Source: Amphiscolops sp. MND2022 (taxonomy: Eukaryota). From it: a DNA stretch of 64,000 nt. The translations under genes were made by a program, and so were the position numbers. The notes beneath the pieces were generated by a model. That model saw only the letters and a program-made list of their open reading frames with translations, ran no database searches and was not told the DNA's origin. Below are positions 1-11,143 of the stretch, in pieces (within the stretch, counting starts at the first letter, position 1; the number at the start of each line of letters is the position of its first letter). The DNA lies in contig OZ076420.1 of the NCBI GenBank assembly GCA_964187785.1, positions 17,050,001 through 17,114,000 of the forward strand. Reading direction: 5' to 3'.

Positions 1-1084
1 GCCTCATTGTCTTCCTGACCAGACGGTCCATTCATCGTGTTTTATAGTTCCCTGTCAAGTGAACTTGAGTTGTTTCCCTTCTATCCATTTTTAGTAGTCG
101 GACAAGATGTCCATCTCTCTAGAGCTTCTTGCTCCAGCCTTTTGTCTTCTTGTGAAAAACATTGAAAAAATATGAAACGAAAAGTTTGGTAATTTTTATT
201 GTTCAGATTAGCCCAACTTTTGCAAAGTTTCTTACAGTAAATTTGGGAACGATCAGAGCAACAAAAACGTCAATTGTGTCTCACCATTCATACCTTGGTC
301 TTTAGGGAAATGATACCTGAAATTCAAGCAGTAATAGTTTTCAGAAGTATAGCTGAGAAACCATAATATCACTTTACGTTGAATGCTTTACTTCGATCTC
401 AAGCTCGTTATGCTAGCACACTAGACTTGATAACCATAGTTGAGTACAGGCATTGAATAATCACAATTTGCGTCTAGCTTTGTGTCATGTGTGGTGACGA
501 AACGAAAACCTTCTGAAAAGGAAAATTACTTCGTCGTTCAATATGTTCAATCCATGTAAAATCATCGGGTAAAATGATACCATGATATTTCCCGATTTAA
601 CGTTGCTCTGTTCAAAACAATTGACTTGGGATTCGTGGATTTACATTTGGGTAAAATAAGCGAGAGGGAGTTGTTATCACACCGAGGAGTTGTTTTACGC
701 AGATCATCCTGGAGAAGAGAAGGTATTGTAGACAGCATATTGACTTCGTTGGGAAACGTATAACTGTAAAAGATCAAATTGTCAGGAAAACATTAAAATA
801 ATTTATTTATAACCATGGGTTCGGCATATACCCTTGCTGCACTCCACCGGCGACATCTACTAAAGATGATTGACCACTTTCGATAAAAACTCTCTACTAT
901 TTTCCAGGTAACTTTTCAGCAGTCCCAACTATTTTACTTGAAACTTGTTTTCAGAAGCTTTTGTCACAGGCAGGGATGTTCAATGCTGTCAAAAACGTTT
1001 TGAATGTCTAATAATTTTATGTGAACATTTGTAGTCACTTTGTTATTGTATAAAACTCACGGCGTGTTCAAGAAAATTAAAGTC

Positions 1085-2550
1085 AAGTATGTAGAATGGC
1101 GGGCGTTTTTTCCCGAAAATCTTCAATTAATTGCGCCAAAAAAGACCGATGGAGGACATCGTCCGATTGCTTTTGCTCTAGGCAACACTTTCCTCCGGTT
1201 GTCCGCAACGTGTGCCGGATACCATGTCTCCGAATAACGTCAAGCAGTATACGGAAGTCTACAAGAGGTGTGCAAGGGATGCTGAAATGGCTTCACATGT
1301 TTTACGTTGTTTGATAGAAAACCAAACCCAGCCCAAAAAATTACTCGTGAAAAATTACTTTGAACCCGTTCTCAATTCGATAAACCGACGATTCATGCTC
1401 GAGAAAGTGCTTAAAATACACCCTGAAGTTAATAAGTACTCACACTCGGCGGACAAGTCAGCTGAGTGTCCTTTTACAGTGATTCACTGATCAAATTTTC
1501 TAAAGCGACCCAGCAAGGAGGTCCGAACTCTCCATCTTTTTTTCGGTTTCTTTTCAGGATCCAATTCACAGTTTAGAGTGTAAAATAAAATTATGGTACC
1601 GCGATGATGGAATCTAAGTGGTGATTACAAAACCGTTTTGAAAGATCTCAAAAAAATTGTTGAAGTGGAAAAAAACTGGACTCAAAAACAAACTCACGGA
1701 AAGTGAACTTTTCTTCTTTTTTGACATTACTGAAAAACAAAAATCGACAATTTTAGCATCTTTTAAAAAAATCGGTACCGGGATCGAAACACCTACCAAT
1801 GATGAACTAATCATCACCTTTCGGCCCGAAATCGCAGATAGACCGATCAGAAAGTAACGTTTTTGAGCTAAAAACACCTAATCGACTTGTTAAAAAACTG
1901 GGCGCGCAATATGGTTTTGTTATGATGAAAAATTGCTTCAGTCTGCCAAACTTGTTGTACTTCTTGAGAACCAGTAGATGTTTGACTTATCCAGCCCACT
2001 TGGAAAAGTATGACAAAACCGTACGCGACGGCGTTTTCCAAAAGTGTACCGTGAATTTTGACGGTACTTCTAGTCCTCAGCTGGTTCTGCCCGCGAAACT
2101 GGGTTCTTGTGTTTTCATCCACCTCAATATTAGCACTTCACGCCTTTTTGGTTTCAGCTTTGGGTGGGAGTGACTTTCTCACGACGATTTGGGGGAATCA
2201 TTGGACCCAATCTGCGTACACCAGAACAACCCAAGATTTCGTTTCTAGAAAGGATGACAATCGTTCGAAAGAGTCAATGCTCATCAAGGCAAAATTGAGT
2301 CTCAGTGGCTGATCGTTTTTTCTTGCAAGAGCATAGACCAGGAACGTCATGATGAGCAGCTTCGGACTTCGATTGATTAACGTCTCGGAGCCAACATCTG
2401 TATTGCACTTACGTGCCACTGTGGTAAAATCTTTCAACGGGACGGGACGGCTTTCAACGTCTTTCTTGCACTAAGAGTGTTGGTCGCTTCTCACGTGATA
2501 CTTTCAATTCTCATATAAAGCAGACGTTGGATCTCTCGACCTGTGTCAAT
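1085..2550 (+). mobile_element. Decayed CRE-clade non-LTR retrotransposon fragment (RT plus C-terminal Zn-knuckle region)
   Basis: Frameshifted pieces read LIAPKKTDGGHRPIAFALGNTFLRL, VLNSINRRFMLEKVLKIHPE, TQQGGP, LWYRDDG, KNCFSLPNLLYFLRTS and RLGANICIALTCHCG...SCTKSVGRFSR. These match, by eye, the CRE-type RT and pre-endonuclease motifs. Many stops and frameshifts. Confidence 0.8.
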
Positions 2551-2599
2551 TCTAACCTGTTTGCTCACTTCTTTTCCAGCGTCTATTCAGAATCGAACT

Positions 2600-3720
2600 G
2601 TTTTGTTTATGATAACCTTAGAAACGACTGTGCATTTTCTTTTCTTGAAAGGAAGAACTGTTCATCAACGAAAGCGTTGTCCTAGAACTATGTAAAACAA
2701 TCGATGTTAACATATCAAGAGGACCCGATGACCTTCCGGCAATAATGCTCAAGAAATGTGCTCATTCATTGTTGCATTCTTTCATCCAAATAATCAAGAA
2801 AATCGGTCAAAACTCAACATATCCACAGAGCTGGAAGCAGTCCATAGTCGTCCCTACTCACAAGAAAAGCTTCTGATCCTTATTGAACCATACTTTCGAA
2901 ATCGACCCCAGAGCGTGAAAGTTAATCAAACGCTCTCGCATTGCTTTCTTGCAAGTAGTGGAGTACCTCAAAGAGCTATTCCAGCTGCTCTCTTTTACTT
3001 GGTTTTAATTAATGATCTACCGTAAGTATGCATATACAGTAAAGCATTGTTAAATGCAGATGATGCAAATTTTCTGAACTTTGCTGTTGACATTGGTCGC
3101 TTCCAAAGTGACTTGAATGATATATTCTCGTGGACTGTTTTTAATCATACCTCATTCAACGCAAATAAATGATACTACATGTCATTCGGATGAACAACAT
3201 CTCCGCAATTATGCTTCAACGAAAAAGGTTTGAAGAGAATTGACTCAAACAAAGACGTTGGACTTATTATTAGCAGCAACCTATCGTGAAAACCACATAT
3301 CGAAAAGGCAGTAACTAAAGCAAATAAATGTTTTATTTATGCCTAAACTCAATTCCCCTAACGTTCCTTTCTGCACCACATTAAATCTATATGAATGTAC
3401 GGTCATTCCAATTTTAACCTACGCAATTCCTTGATTTGATAAAAATGTGGAATGCATGAAAATGCTCGAATCAGTACGAAAAAGACTTTTCCGCTGGATT
3501 TGTCCTGACTTCGACTATCGAAAAGCACTGATAACAATCAAGTTCTCCCTTTGGCATACTACTTTTACTTATTAGATTTGATCACTTTCTCAAAAGCCCT
3601 GAACAACTATTATGATGCCGACTTAACTAAACATATTTCGACAAGCTCTCAGCACTACTCAACCCTATTTGAAACTTCAAATACGTTTCAGTGTGAAAGA
3701 CCCTGGAACAAGAAATGGCA
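2600..3720 (+). mobile_element. Decayed CR1/L2/Jockey-type LINE RT fragment
   Basis: SGVPQRAIPAALFYLVLINDLP (RT domain 4), LNADD (YADD-like), then KDVGLIISSNL-type C-terminal motifs; interrupted by stops. Confidence 0.75.
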
Positions 3721-3789
3721 CTGAATTTCTGGTTTCGAACTGCTAGACTAGCAAACGTATGTGCACCTTCTGTCAACATCGGTATCTAA

Positions 3790-4345
3790 CCAGGTTGTAG
3801 AAAACCAGTTTGTAGAATCCAGTTTGTAGAAAAGTGAGGTCCAGTTTGTAGAATTTTTTTCCACAAATTAGACCATGGTTTTATTTTGAAATAGGTCCAG
3901 TATGTAGAATACCAGTTTGTAGAAATCATCAATTTAAGAAGAAAAACGAAACAACCAATAATGTAGGAATGATGCAAAGTATAAAACGTGCCTCGGATAT
4001 GTCCAGATTTCCTCTGGTGCCCCGATGTCCCTTGGGGCCGCCTATGTTCCCATCTTGCTAAGCGAGGACAAACAAGAGCAAAGACCTAGCGAGAACGGAA
4101 ATTGCGAACAATCGTATTGTGACCTGGTATTTACGACGGTCAGGGCGAGCGTGTATACACCGGATATGCCCCACATTTCAGTTTCTAGATCTTATTCGTT
4201 TAGATTTTAGGCTGTGGATTTTAGTCGGCGGAGCTCTTAGGATCTTGTGTGAAGGATTTCCAGTTTACAGAATTCAATGATCCACCTAGGACCAGTTTGT
4301 TGAATTCTACAAACTGGTGTTTTACAAACTGGACCTAATTCTCAA
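3790..4345. mobile_element. Foldback/MITE-like element with CCAGTTTGTAGAA arms, carrying the hairpin core (copy A, 3979-4175)
   Basis: Multiple CCAGTTTGTAGAA repeats at 3790-3925 and inverted TTCTACAAACTGG / TTTACAAACTGG at 4300-4340. No TSD found. Confidence 0.6.
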
Positions 4346-5199
4346 AATCAGATGTTTTGCTGGCTTGAAACATCGACTACTGAAATGGCTCTGGGACCTT
4401 TAGTCGAAGCTACCAAGAACATATAACCTGTACATGGAGGGCACATGGTGACTGTACAATAAACAACTGCTGAAACTTCAACAAATATTTACTTATGAGT
4501 TATGAAAAATTTCTGACTGATATCTGAGGGCGAAACACCTTGTGGAAAAAAACCACTAAATTCGTATTAGTTTTTAATAATTTTCGTCATATATGTCTGT
4601 CTTTCGGTTTTTCAATGAATATCATGGAAGGCAGAGTTGTCAGCATTCTGGTGTTTTCTTACTATAGGGTTTTTCTTCAAGCTTTTTCTTTCAAGTGTTG
4701 AAGGGCCATTATTGTTGTCTATTACCCAAAATGAAGCATTTCTTCACTGTTTCACTTGCTGAGATATATATTTCAAAAATGATTTCTGAAATCACAAATT
4801 TTCGGGAGGGAGTTTAACGTGTAAATAGTACAAAGAAAGCATTGAGAGTTGAATAAAGTTAAGTTAGGCTTTAGTGATGAGAGCTATACGATTCCGTTTA
4901 ACTTCGTTGAATGTGAGATGTAGTTAACAATGGTATTGCAGACTTCAGGGTCTAGGAGATTCAATGAGTCAATCTCTTCAGGTCTGATGTCACGGTATAG
5001 ACCACATGCCAGAAAAATGTTCCGCAGTCTCTTCACTTTTGACACAACGACACCTCGGAGATTCCGTCTGTCAATTTTTCCAAGCATATTCGGCCAAAGC
5101 AAAAGAATTGCCATCAGTAATTCACGTATTTTGATGGCTTCATACCTTTGGAGTTTGAAAAGGGGCAATAGAGTGTTACAAGTTGATGGAGTTTTGGTG

Positions 5200-6200
5200 A
5201 AACATGTCAGAAAGACTTGTCAATATTTCTCCACCTCAGGTTCCACAGATGGTAAATGAAAGGTCTGACATGTGGCTGTTTATGTCGTACAATTTTGAAT
5301 TCTCAAAAATTGACCGGATCGTGTAATATGACTCTCGAAGAGGTTAGCAATACTGTCCGGAAAAGAGGAAGATGCATCATGCGTCCAATGTCGTAAATCC
5401 TCATCTAGTTTGAGCTTCAGAAGGTGGCTGTACTCAGAAGGTCAAGAGGGGGCGTGCTCAGCAGAACCTGACATGAGTCGATATTCGGCGGAAATCCGTG
5501 CCTAAAGACTGTCCTTATGAAATTATTCTGTACTACTGTGACGTATTTAGGTTTTTCGTAAGCCGTATTGGTGCTGCATAAAAAGGTGAGGGTAAGATGG
5601 TGGTTTTGTACATCAGAACTACCGTTGAAACTGCAAGGTTCTGTTTTCTACTGCTTAACGACTAACTTATTTTCCAATTACGCTTTGTTTTCTCAATCTT
5701 TTCAGTAGAATGATCCCCGTAGTTGAGCTTGCTATCAATAATTACTCCGAGAGACGGGAGTTCGACGTCACTTGCTTCGGAGTTGAAAAGGAATAATTCA
5801 GTTTTTCCTCCGTTCACTAACATTCTCCAATCATCATACCACTTCTCGATATCGGAACAAGTTTTTCGAAGGGTGACAGATAACTCTGATGGATCTTTGC
5901 CAGTGACAAATACAGAACTATCGTCTGCAAGTTTGAATTTCTGTGCTTGACTACCAAAGAAGTCGTTCAGAAAGATCATGTGGAACGCAAATGATAATCT
6001 GGAACTTCGGAGATTGGTATCCATGCAATTCGATGGAAGAGACTCTAGTTTTCAGAAACTATTTAATTATCCGATAAATTTTGCAAGAAGTATTGTGTTT
6101 CACCAGTTTAAAAAGAAGGCCGTCCACCCACACGCTATCGAAAGCCTCTTCGAGGTCAATGTTTGGCAGAGTCGAGATAGCAGCAGTTTGCTGAGATAAT
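5200..6200 (-). mobile_element. Decayed LINE RT fragment (duplicated at ~11910-12910)
   Basis: Minus strand reads IDLEEAFDSVWVDGLL, KLADDSSV (FADD in copy 2), KTELFLF and LGVIIDSKLNY. Confidence 0.8.
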
Positions 6201-6827
6201 GGCTGGGAAATAATATAAAGTAATATTTGTGTTTTGCATTTCAGCTGAATGCAATCTCCGTGTGCCGATCACCTGTATGTCATCCCATCCACCCTTCCAA
6301 CATGATGACCAACATGGCAACATATAAATGACAAGAAAGCAGATAAGGATCTAACGTCCAAGATTTAACCATTTGACAAACTTTGCCAAAGAGCCCAAAA
6401 GGGAAAATGCCGAAGATCTAATTTTTGAATGTTTTTCCTTATAAAGACTTGTTCGCACCCTTTCTAAGATTTAGACTTTGTAACGACCTTATCTAGTGCA
6501 TCGCGGCCTCCAGAGGACGTCTTGCTTAGCGAAGTCGAGAAGGAGAAAAATCCTAACGTGAGTGGATGTTGCGAAGCGATCGAGTGGTAGCTGATTCTTT
6601 TAGCGGCGAGCACCAGCGTGCATACAACAGCTTTGGCAACGCCTTCACCCAGAAAGGCAGGAGCTGGCAATTAAAAAATGATATTCCAATTAATTGCAAT
6701 AATTGATAAACAATTATTTAATTACTATTCTTTTCAATTATCAATAATTGATTGCGTGCTTTCAATAATTGCAATAATTGTTATTCAGCATATTTCGGGT
6801 GACCATGTCGAAAAATCAAGCTGAGAT

Positions 6828-8020
6828 GTGAAAACATTCTTTAGATTACTCGAAAATGAACGTGATACTTGGCTTTGCAATTGTGGCCAGGAATTGAAGC
6901 AGCGAAAAGGTACAGGTTGGAGCAATTTGATTGCTCATATAAAAGTGCAACATCAGCAGAAAATTGAAACAATTGTAAATATTCTACACGATCAGCCAAG
7001 ATTGAGTCACTCAATTTATGGCATCGTAAGCAAAAAAGCTAAAAATTTGTTTGATTTGTTGGATTGGGTGTGTATGGAACTCAAGCCATTCGAGTTCGTC
7101 TAGTGTGATCTCACAAGAAAATATACCACCTTGTACCCAATTTGTTCTCGAAATCTTTGACAGAACGCCTGCTAATGTTTTAGCTGTGGTGGCTGATAAC
7201 TGCGAACTCAATAAAGCCATTTGCGACATCCTATTGAAGCCACTGATCGGTTGTGCATCTCATTGCTTGGTATTGGCTGTCCAAGATTATATTAAAGGTA
7301 ATCAATCAGTCATTAACAAAATTCACCAATTGATGGTTAAACTCAGAGGAGTGAAGCTGAGTGCTAAACTCAGGCAACATACTAACTTGCGTCCTGTTCT
7401 TTTCAATGCAACAAGGCGGTCGAGTGTCTTTGATATGATATGCCTTTATCGTGAATTTAAATCAATATTACAAGAAGAGATGCAATCTGAAGCCAATATA
7501 GTTGACCTATTACTTTCTTACTTTCTCCCAAAGAAAACTGTGAAGTGGATTGCTTATTTTCAGAACTAAAAGATTTCAACTCCGTGAGTGTTGCGCTGCA
7601 AAAAGAAAAACTAGATAGAGTGTCCACTGCCCGATTGCTTATTGACAAAACAGCTAAAAAGTTTCCAAAACTTGATCCAGAGAAAAAGTATTTCGCAGGA
7701 AACGCCCGTATTGTGAAGAATAAGAATTTTGTAAAAATTCGTAATGGGAAAGAAAACGAGCTCAGCTTGCCTGAACTTTTACAATGCCTGAAGATGACTA
7801 ACAAAACCAATCTCCGGTGATAGCAGAGATTGATTTCGCTGAATCAATTCTGCAAAAGAGGCAGAAAAAAATGGGGATGAATCGAAATACCTTAACTGTC
7901 GCTTCTTGTTTCTGACATCCAATATTTTGGAAATGTTTTTTAGTGCTGCAGGCTATGCTCTGAATGATTTGAGACAGAATATAACCCCCGAAGATTTAGA
8001 ACAACAACTGTTCCTTCGGG
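6828..8020 (+). pseudogene. hAT transposase pseudogene (copy 1; copy 2 at ~13537-14725)
   Basis: BED finger (WLCNCG...SNLIAHIKVQH), VVADNC, GCASH (CxxH), NATRRSS (TRWSS-like) and dimerisation-domain remnant (FFSAAGYALNDLRQ...QLFLRAN). Frameshifted; copy 1 has an extra 7-bp tandem duplication near 7510. Confidence 0.9.
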
Positions 8021-8039
8021 CGAACAGAAAGGGTGTGTA

Positions 8040-8530
8040 CGCCTTTGATCTAATTGCTTGGGTCTAATGGGATTAGATCTAACTGTTAGGTCTAACTTTC
8101 AGATCTTATTTTTGTCTAAAATACTTAGGTCTAACCCCTTTATGATCTAATATGTGTTCTGAAAGCGAAAATATAATGTGCGGCAAATGCGATGTATGCC
8201 CGCTCGCCCAACACTTCACAAGGACATGCTCTCACTACGATCGCTTCGGGATCTCCGTTCTCGCTAGGTCTTTGCTCCTGTTCGACCTCGCTTAGCAAGA
8301 TGGGATTATAAGCGGCCCCAAGGGGCTGCGGGGCACTAGAGGAAATGGGGACATATCCGAGGCACCTTTTATACTTTATATCACTTTTTAGTTTTAGATC
8401 CTAATTGATTTATTTTTTTCTCAATTTAGATCAAATTATAAAAGATTTTTATACCTGATTATTTAGATCAATTTATTTAGAACTCAGTTTTGCCCCTTCT
8501 CTCAGATCTAGTTCATTAGACCTGATTCCA
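8040..8530. mobile_element. Foldback element with AGATCT/TAGATC arms containing the hairpin core on the minus strand (copy B, 8180-8375; duplicate ~14740-15230)
   Basis: GATCTAA/TTAGATC repeats on both sides of the core. Confidence 0.6.
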
Positions 8531-9282
8531 CGTAGCTAACAAAAAGTACTGGACCGTTAAAACGGTCAATTCTGTTCTTTCTGATTAATATCGTTGCGTA
8601 ATTGTTTTTTTCCGATTGATTTTTGTTGCCGGTGGACGTTTGGATCGAATGAATATGCGCGAATATGCATACTGTCACTGAGATCGAAGTAAAAAGGTCA
8701 ACGATAATGAGATCGAATAATCAAGGTTTTCAAACACTTAGCGTTTTCAAATAACAATGTTTTTGGCCGTCGGATGTGCCCCCATTTCCTCTAGTGTACC
8801 GCGGCCCCTTGGGGCCGCTTATGTTACCATCTTGCTAAGCGAGGTCGAACAGGAGCAAAGACCAGGCGAGAACGGAGATCGCGAAACGATCGTAGTGGGA
8901 GCTGGTCTTTGCGACGGTGAGGGCTAGCGTGCATACACCGAATATGCCCTCACAGCAGGGAAAGTACTGAAAATGTCGTGAGATATTTACGAAACGTAAA
9001 ATTTTAATCTTGAATGAAATTATTTGAGATCTGACTATTTTATAAAATCAATGGAAGGAGAAAAATAAATTTTTGTATCAATTTTATGTAGATCAATACA
9101 AAAAAGTTTCCCAATGTTAAAACGTTTTCAATTCCAAGGAATCATCATCAGTAACTAAAAATACACAATCATAATTGAAGACCCAAGGTATGAAGCTAAA
9201 AACATCACGCAATGGCGTAAATCATGTACAATAAAAATGAGATAGAAAATATATCATAGAGGGAAATAAAAAATTCCAACAA

Positions 9283-10690
9283 CTATAACTTTAACGTTAG
9301 GTCCCTCGAGTGGTATTCCTCTCGTTGGTTCAATATCGGCCCAGTCCTCGCGATGTACAGACCTTCCATCGTCAGTAATTTGTTGACAATGGTGCATCGG
9401 TCCAGTACCGTCGCCGTCACGTCGCCTGTTTTAACTGCGCATTCACCAAAATACCTTCTCAGTGGCGATGACTTCCTCCTGTGTTCTCCCAGTCTAGTGA
9501 TCACATGTCTGACCGTTTGGCCAGGGCACGGTAATAAGTTCGAACGCATAAGTTCGAATTTTAATTTCGAATGGACTAAGTTCGAATTGTCCAAAAACCG
9601 GAACAAATTCGAATCACTGTGTTCGAATTTTGAACAAACCGCCGTAAGTATAAAACGTGCCCCTGATATTTCCCCAGGTCGTCTAGTGCCCCGCGGCCCC
9701 TTGGGGCCGCTTATTTTCCCATCTTGCTAAGCGAGGTCGAACAGGAGCAAAGACCTAGCGGGAACGGAGATCGCGAAGCGATCGTAGTGGGAGCTGGTCT
9801 TTTTGACGGTGAGGGCGAGCGTGCATACACCGGATTTGCCCAACATTAGAAAGGGAAAGTACAGAAAATTTTCTGAGACATTTACGAAATGTAATTTTTT
9901 TTCTTGACATACCGGATATGCCCGATATGAAAATTCGAACTTGGTGTCTCGAAACTATTCCTATTCGAACTTATTCCACTAGTTCACATTCGAACTTAGT
10001 AAATCGAACTTATTGCCCGAAGCCGTTTGGCCGACATAGCGGGAGTAGCATCCCGGACATTCAATTTGGTAGATCACTTTACTCGAAAGTTCTTCAGGTA
10101 TTGGATCCTTTAGGCTTGGTAGGCAGCTTTTGAGTTTCCTGGTGGTGAAAATAGTCGACACTCCATGGTTTCGCAGTCTGCGTGCGAATCTATCGCTTTC
10201 CTGGCCCCTATACTGTCAAACATCAGAAGCGGGCGCCGTTCCTTGCTCTTTTCCACAGCTTTCCCCTCACCTGTGTCCTGTCGGTTGATTGGACTTGCGA
10301 CATTCCGAATCTTGTTGATAGTGTCCCGAACAATATTTCCATAAAATTAAGAGGATATCCATTTTGCTCAAACGTCAGTTGTGCCTTGGCTACGCCATCA
10401 TGGAAGGCAATCCAGTCTGTCGTTGTATGGTTTATTCGGTGGATGGTTCCCTCTACAACGTTCCTCTTATATTGGGTTGGCGCCAAGCTGTGAAAGTTTA
10501 GCATCAAACCGGTGTCAGTCGGCTTAGTGAACCACTTCGTTTCAAGGCTATCTTGGTGTCGGACGATCTTCATGTCCAAAAAAGACAACGCTCCTTCACT
10601 TTCCAATTCCATTGTGAGTTCAAGGTTTCTATGGAGGCTATTCGCCATCTTAAGGAGAGTGTCAACATCATTTATGTTGATCAATTGTAT
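9283..10690 (-). mobile_element. 5'-truncated Penelope-like element (RT thumb plus GIY-YIG endonuclease); duplicate 15985-17390
   Basis: LSFLDMKI...WFTKPTDTGLMLNFHS...NGYP (PLE RT C-terminus); VIYQIECPGCYSRYVGQT|VRHVITRLGEH...MEGLYI (GIY-YIG), split by a 500-bp insertion. Confidence 0.9.
9523..10022. mobile_element. Foldback element with AAGTTCGAA arms and a 10-bp TSD, containing the hairpin core (copy C, 9647-9845); duplicate ~16225-16724
   Basis: CCGTTTGGCC is duplicated at 9513-9522 and 10023-10032; removing the insert restores RYVGQTVRH. Inverted AAGTTCGAA/TTCGAACTT subterminal repeats. Confidence 0.85.
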
Positions 10691-10952
10691 TACGTTACTT
10701 TTGTACTACTTTCATGTCCCACGTTTCCGATTTGCTTTTTTGTACCATGGTTTTATCCGCTTCTGCGTTTTTTTGTTGTACTACTTTTTGTTCGATGTTT
10801 ACAACTGAACATGTGATTTTGTCAATTTGATCTACGTATTTGCAAATTTTGCGTGCCAAAAGTTGTTTTAGTCCTATTTCGATTAGTCCTATTTACATTA
10901 GTTCTAAGGCGGCACTAAAAGAGAATTAGTCCTTTTTCCATTAGTCCTATTT

Positions 10953-11128
10953 CAGTTTCGATTTTTAGTCCTATTTCATTAGTCCGAATTCCTGTCTCCC
11001 TCATTTTTTACTGTTTCATGTGACTCAATTATTGCAATTATAATTGCAATAATTGAGTCACATGAAACAGTAAAAAATGAGGGAGACAGGAATTCGGACT
11101 AATGAAATAGGACTAAAAATCGAAACTG
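10953..11128. repeat. 176-bp perfect palindrome without a spacer
   Basis: 88-bp arms CAGTTTCG...GCAATTA | TAATTGC...CGAAACTG, centre between 11040 and 11041. Confidence 0.95.
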
Positions 11129-11143
11129 GTATTGCCAATTATT

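Noticed and set aside
562-777. 71-aa minus-strand ORF and possible small exons in 1-560
   Set aside because: No recognisable motif, and I could not build a stop-free spliced model.
3979-4210. Core cassette as a hammerhead, HDV-like, twister or pistol ribozyme, or as a peptide ORF
   Set aside because: No CUGAUGA/GAAA core, no nested double-pseudoknot pattern and no matching pistol pseudoknot; the short open frame is not preserved across copies.
8953-9010. GGGAAAGTAC...TGAGA as an RNase P/MRP CR-I motif
   Set aside because: No CR-V partner or P4 pairing found, and it is present in only two of the five core copies.
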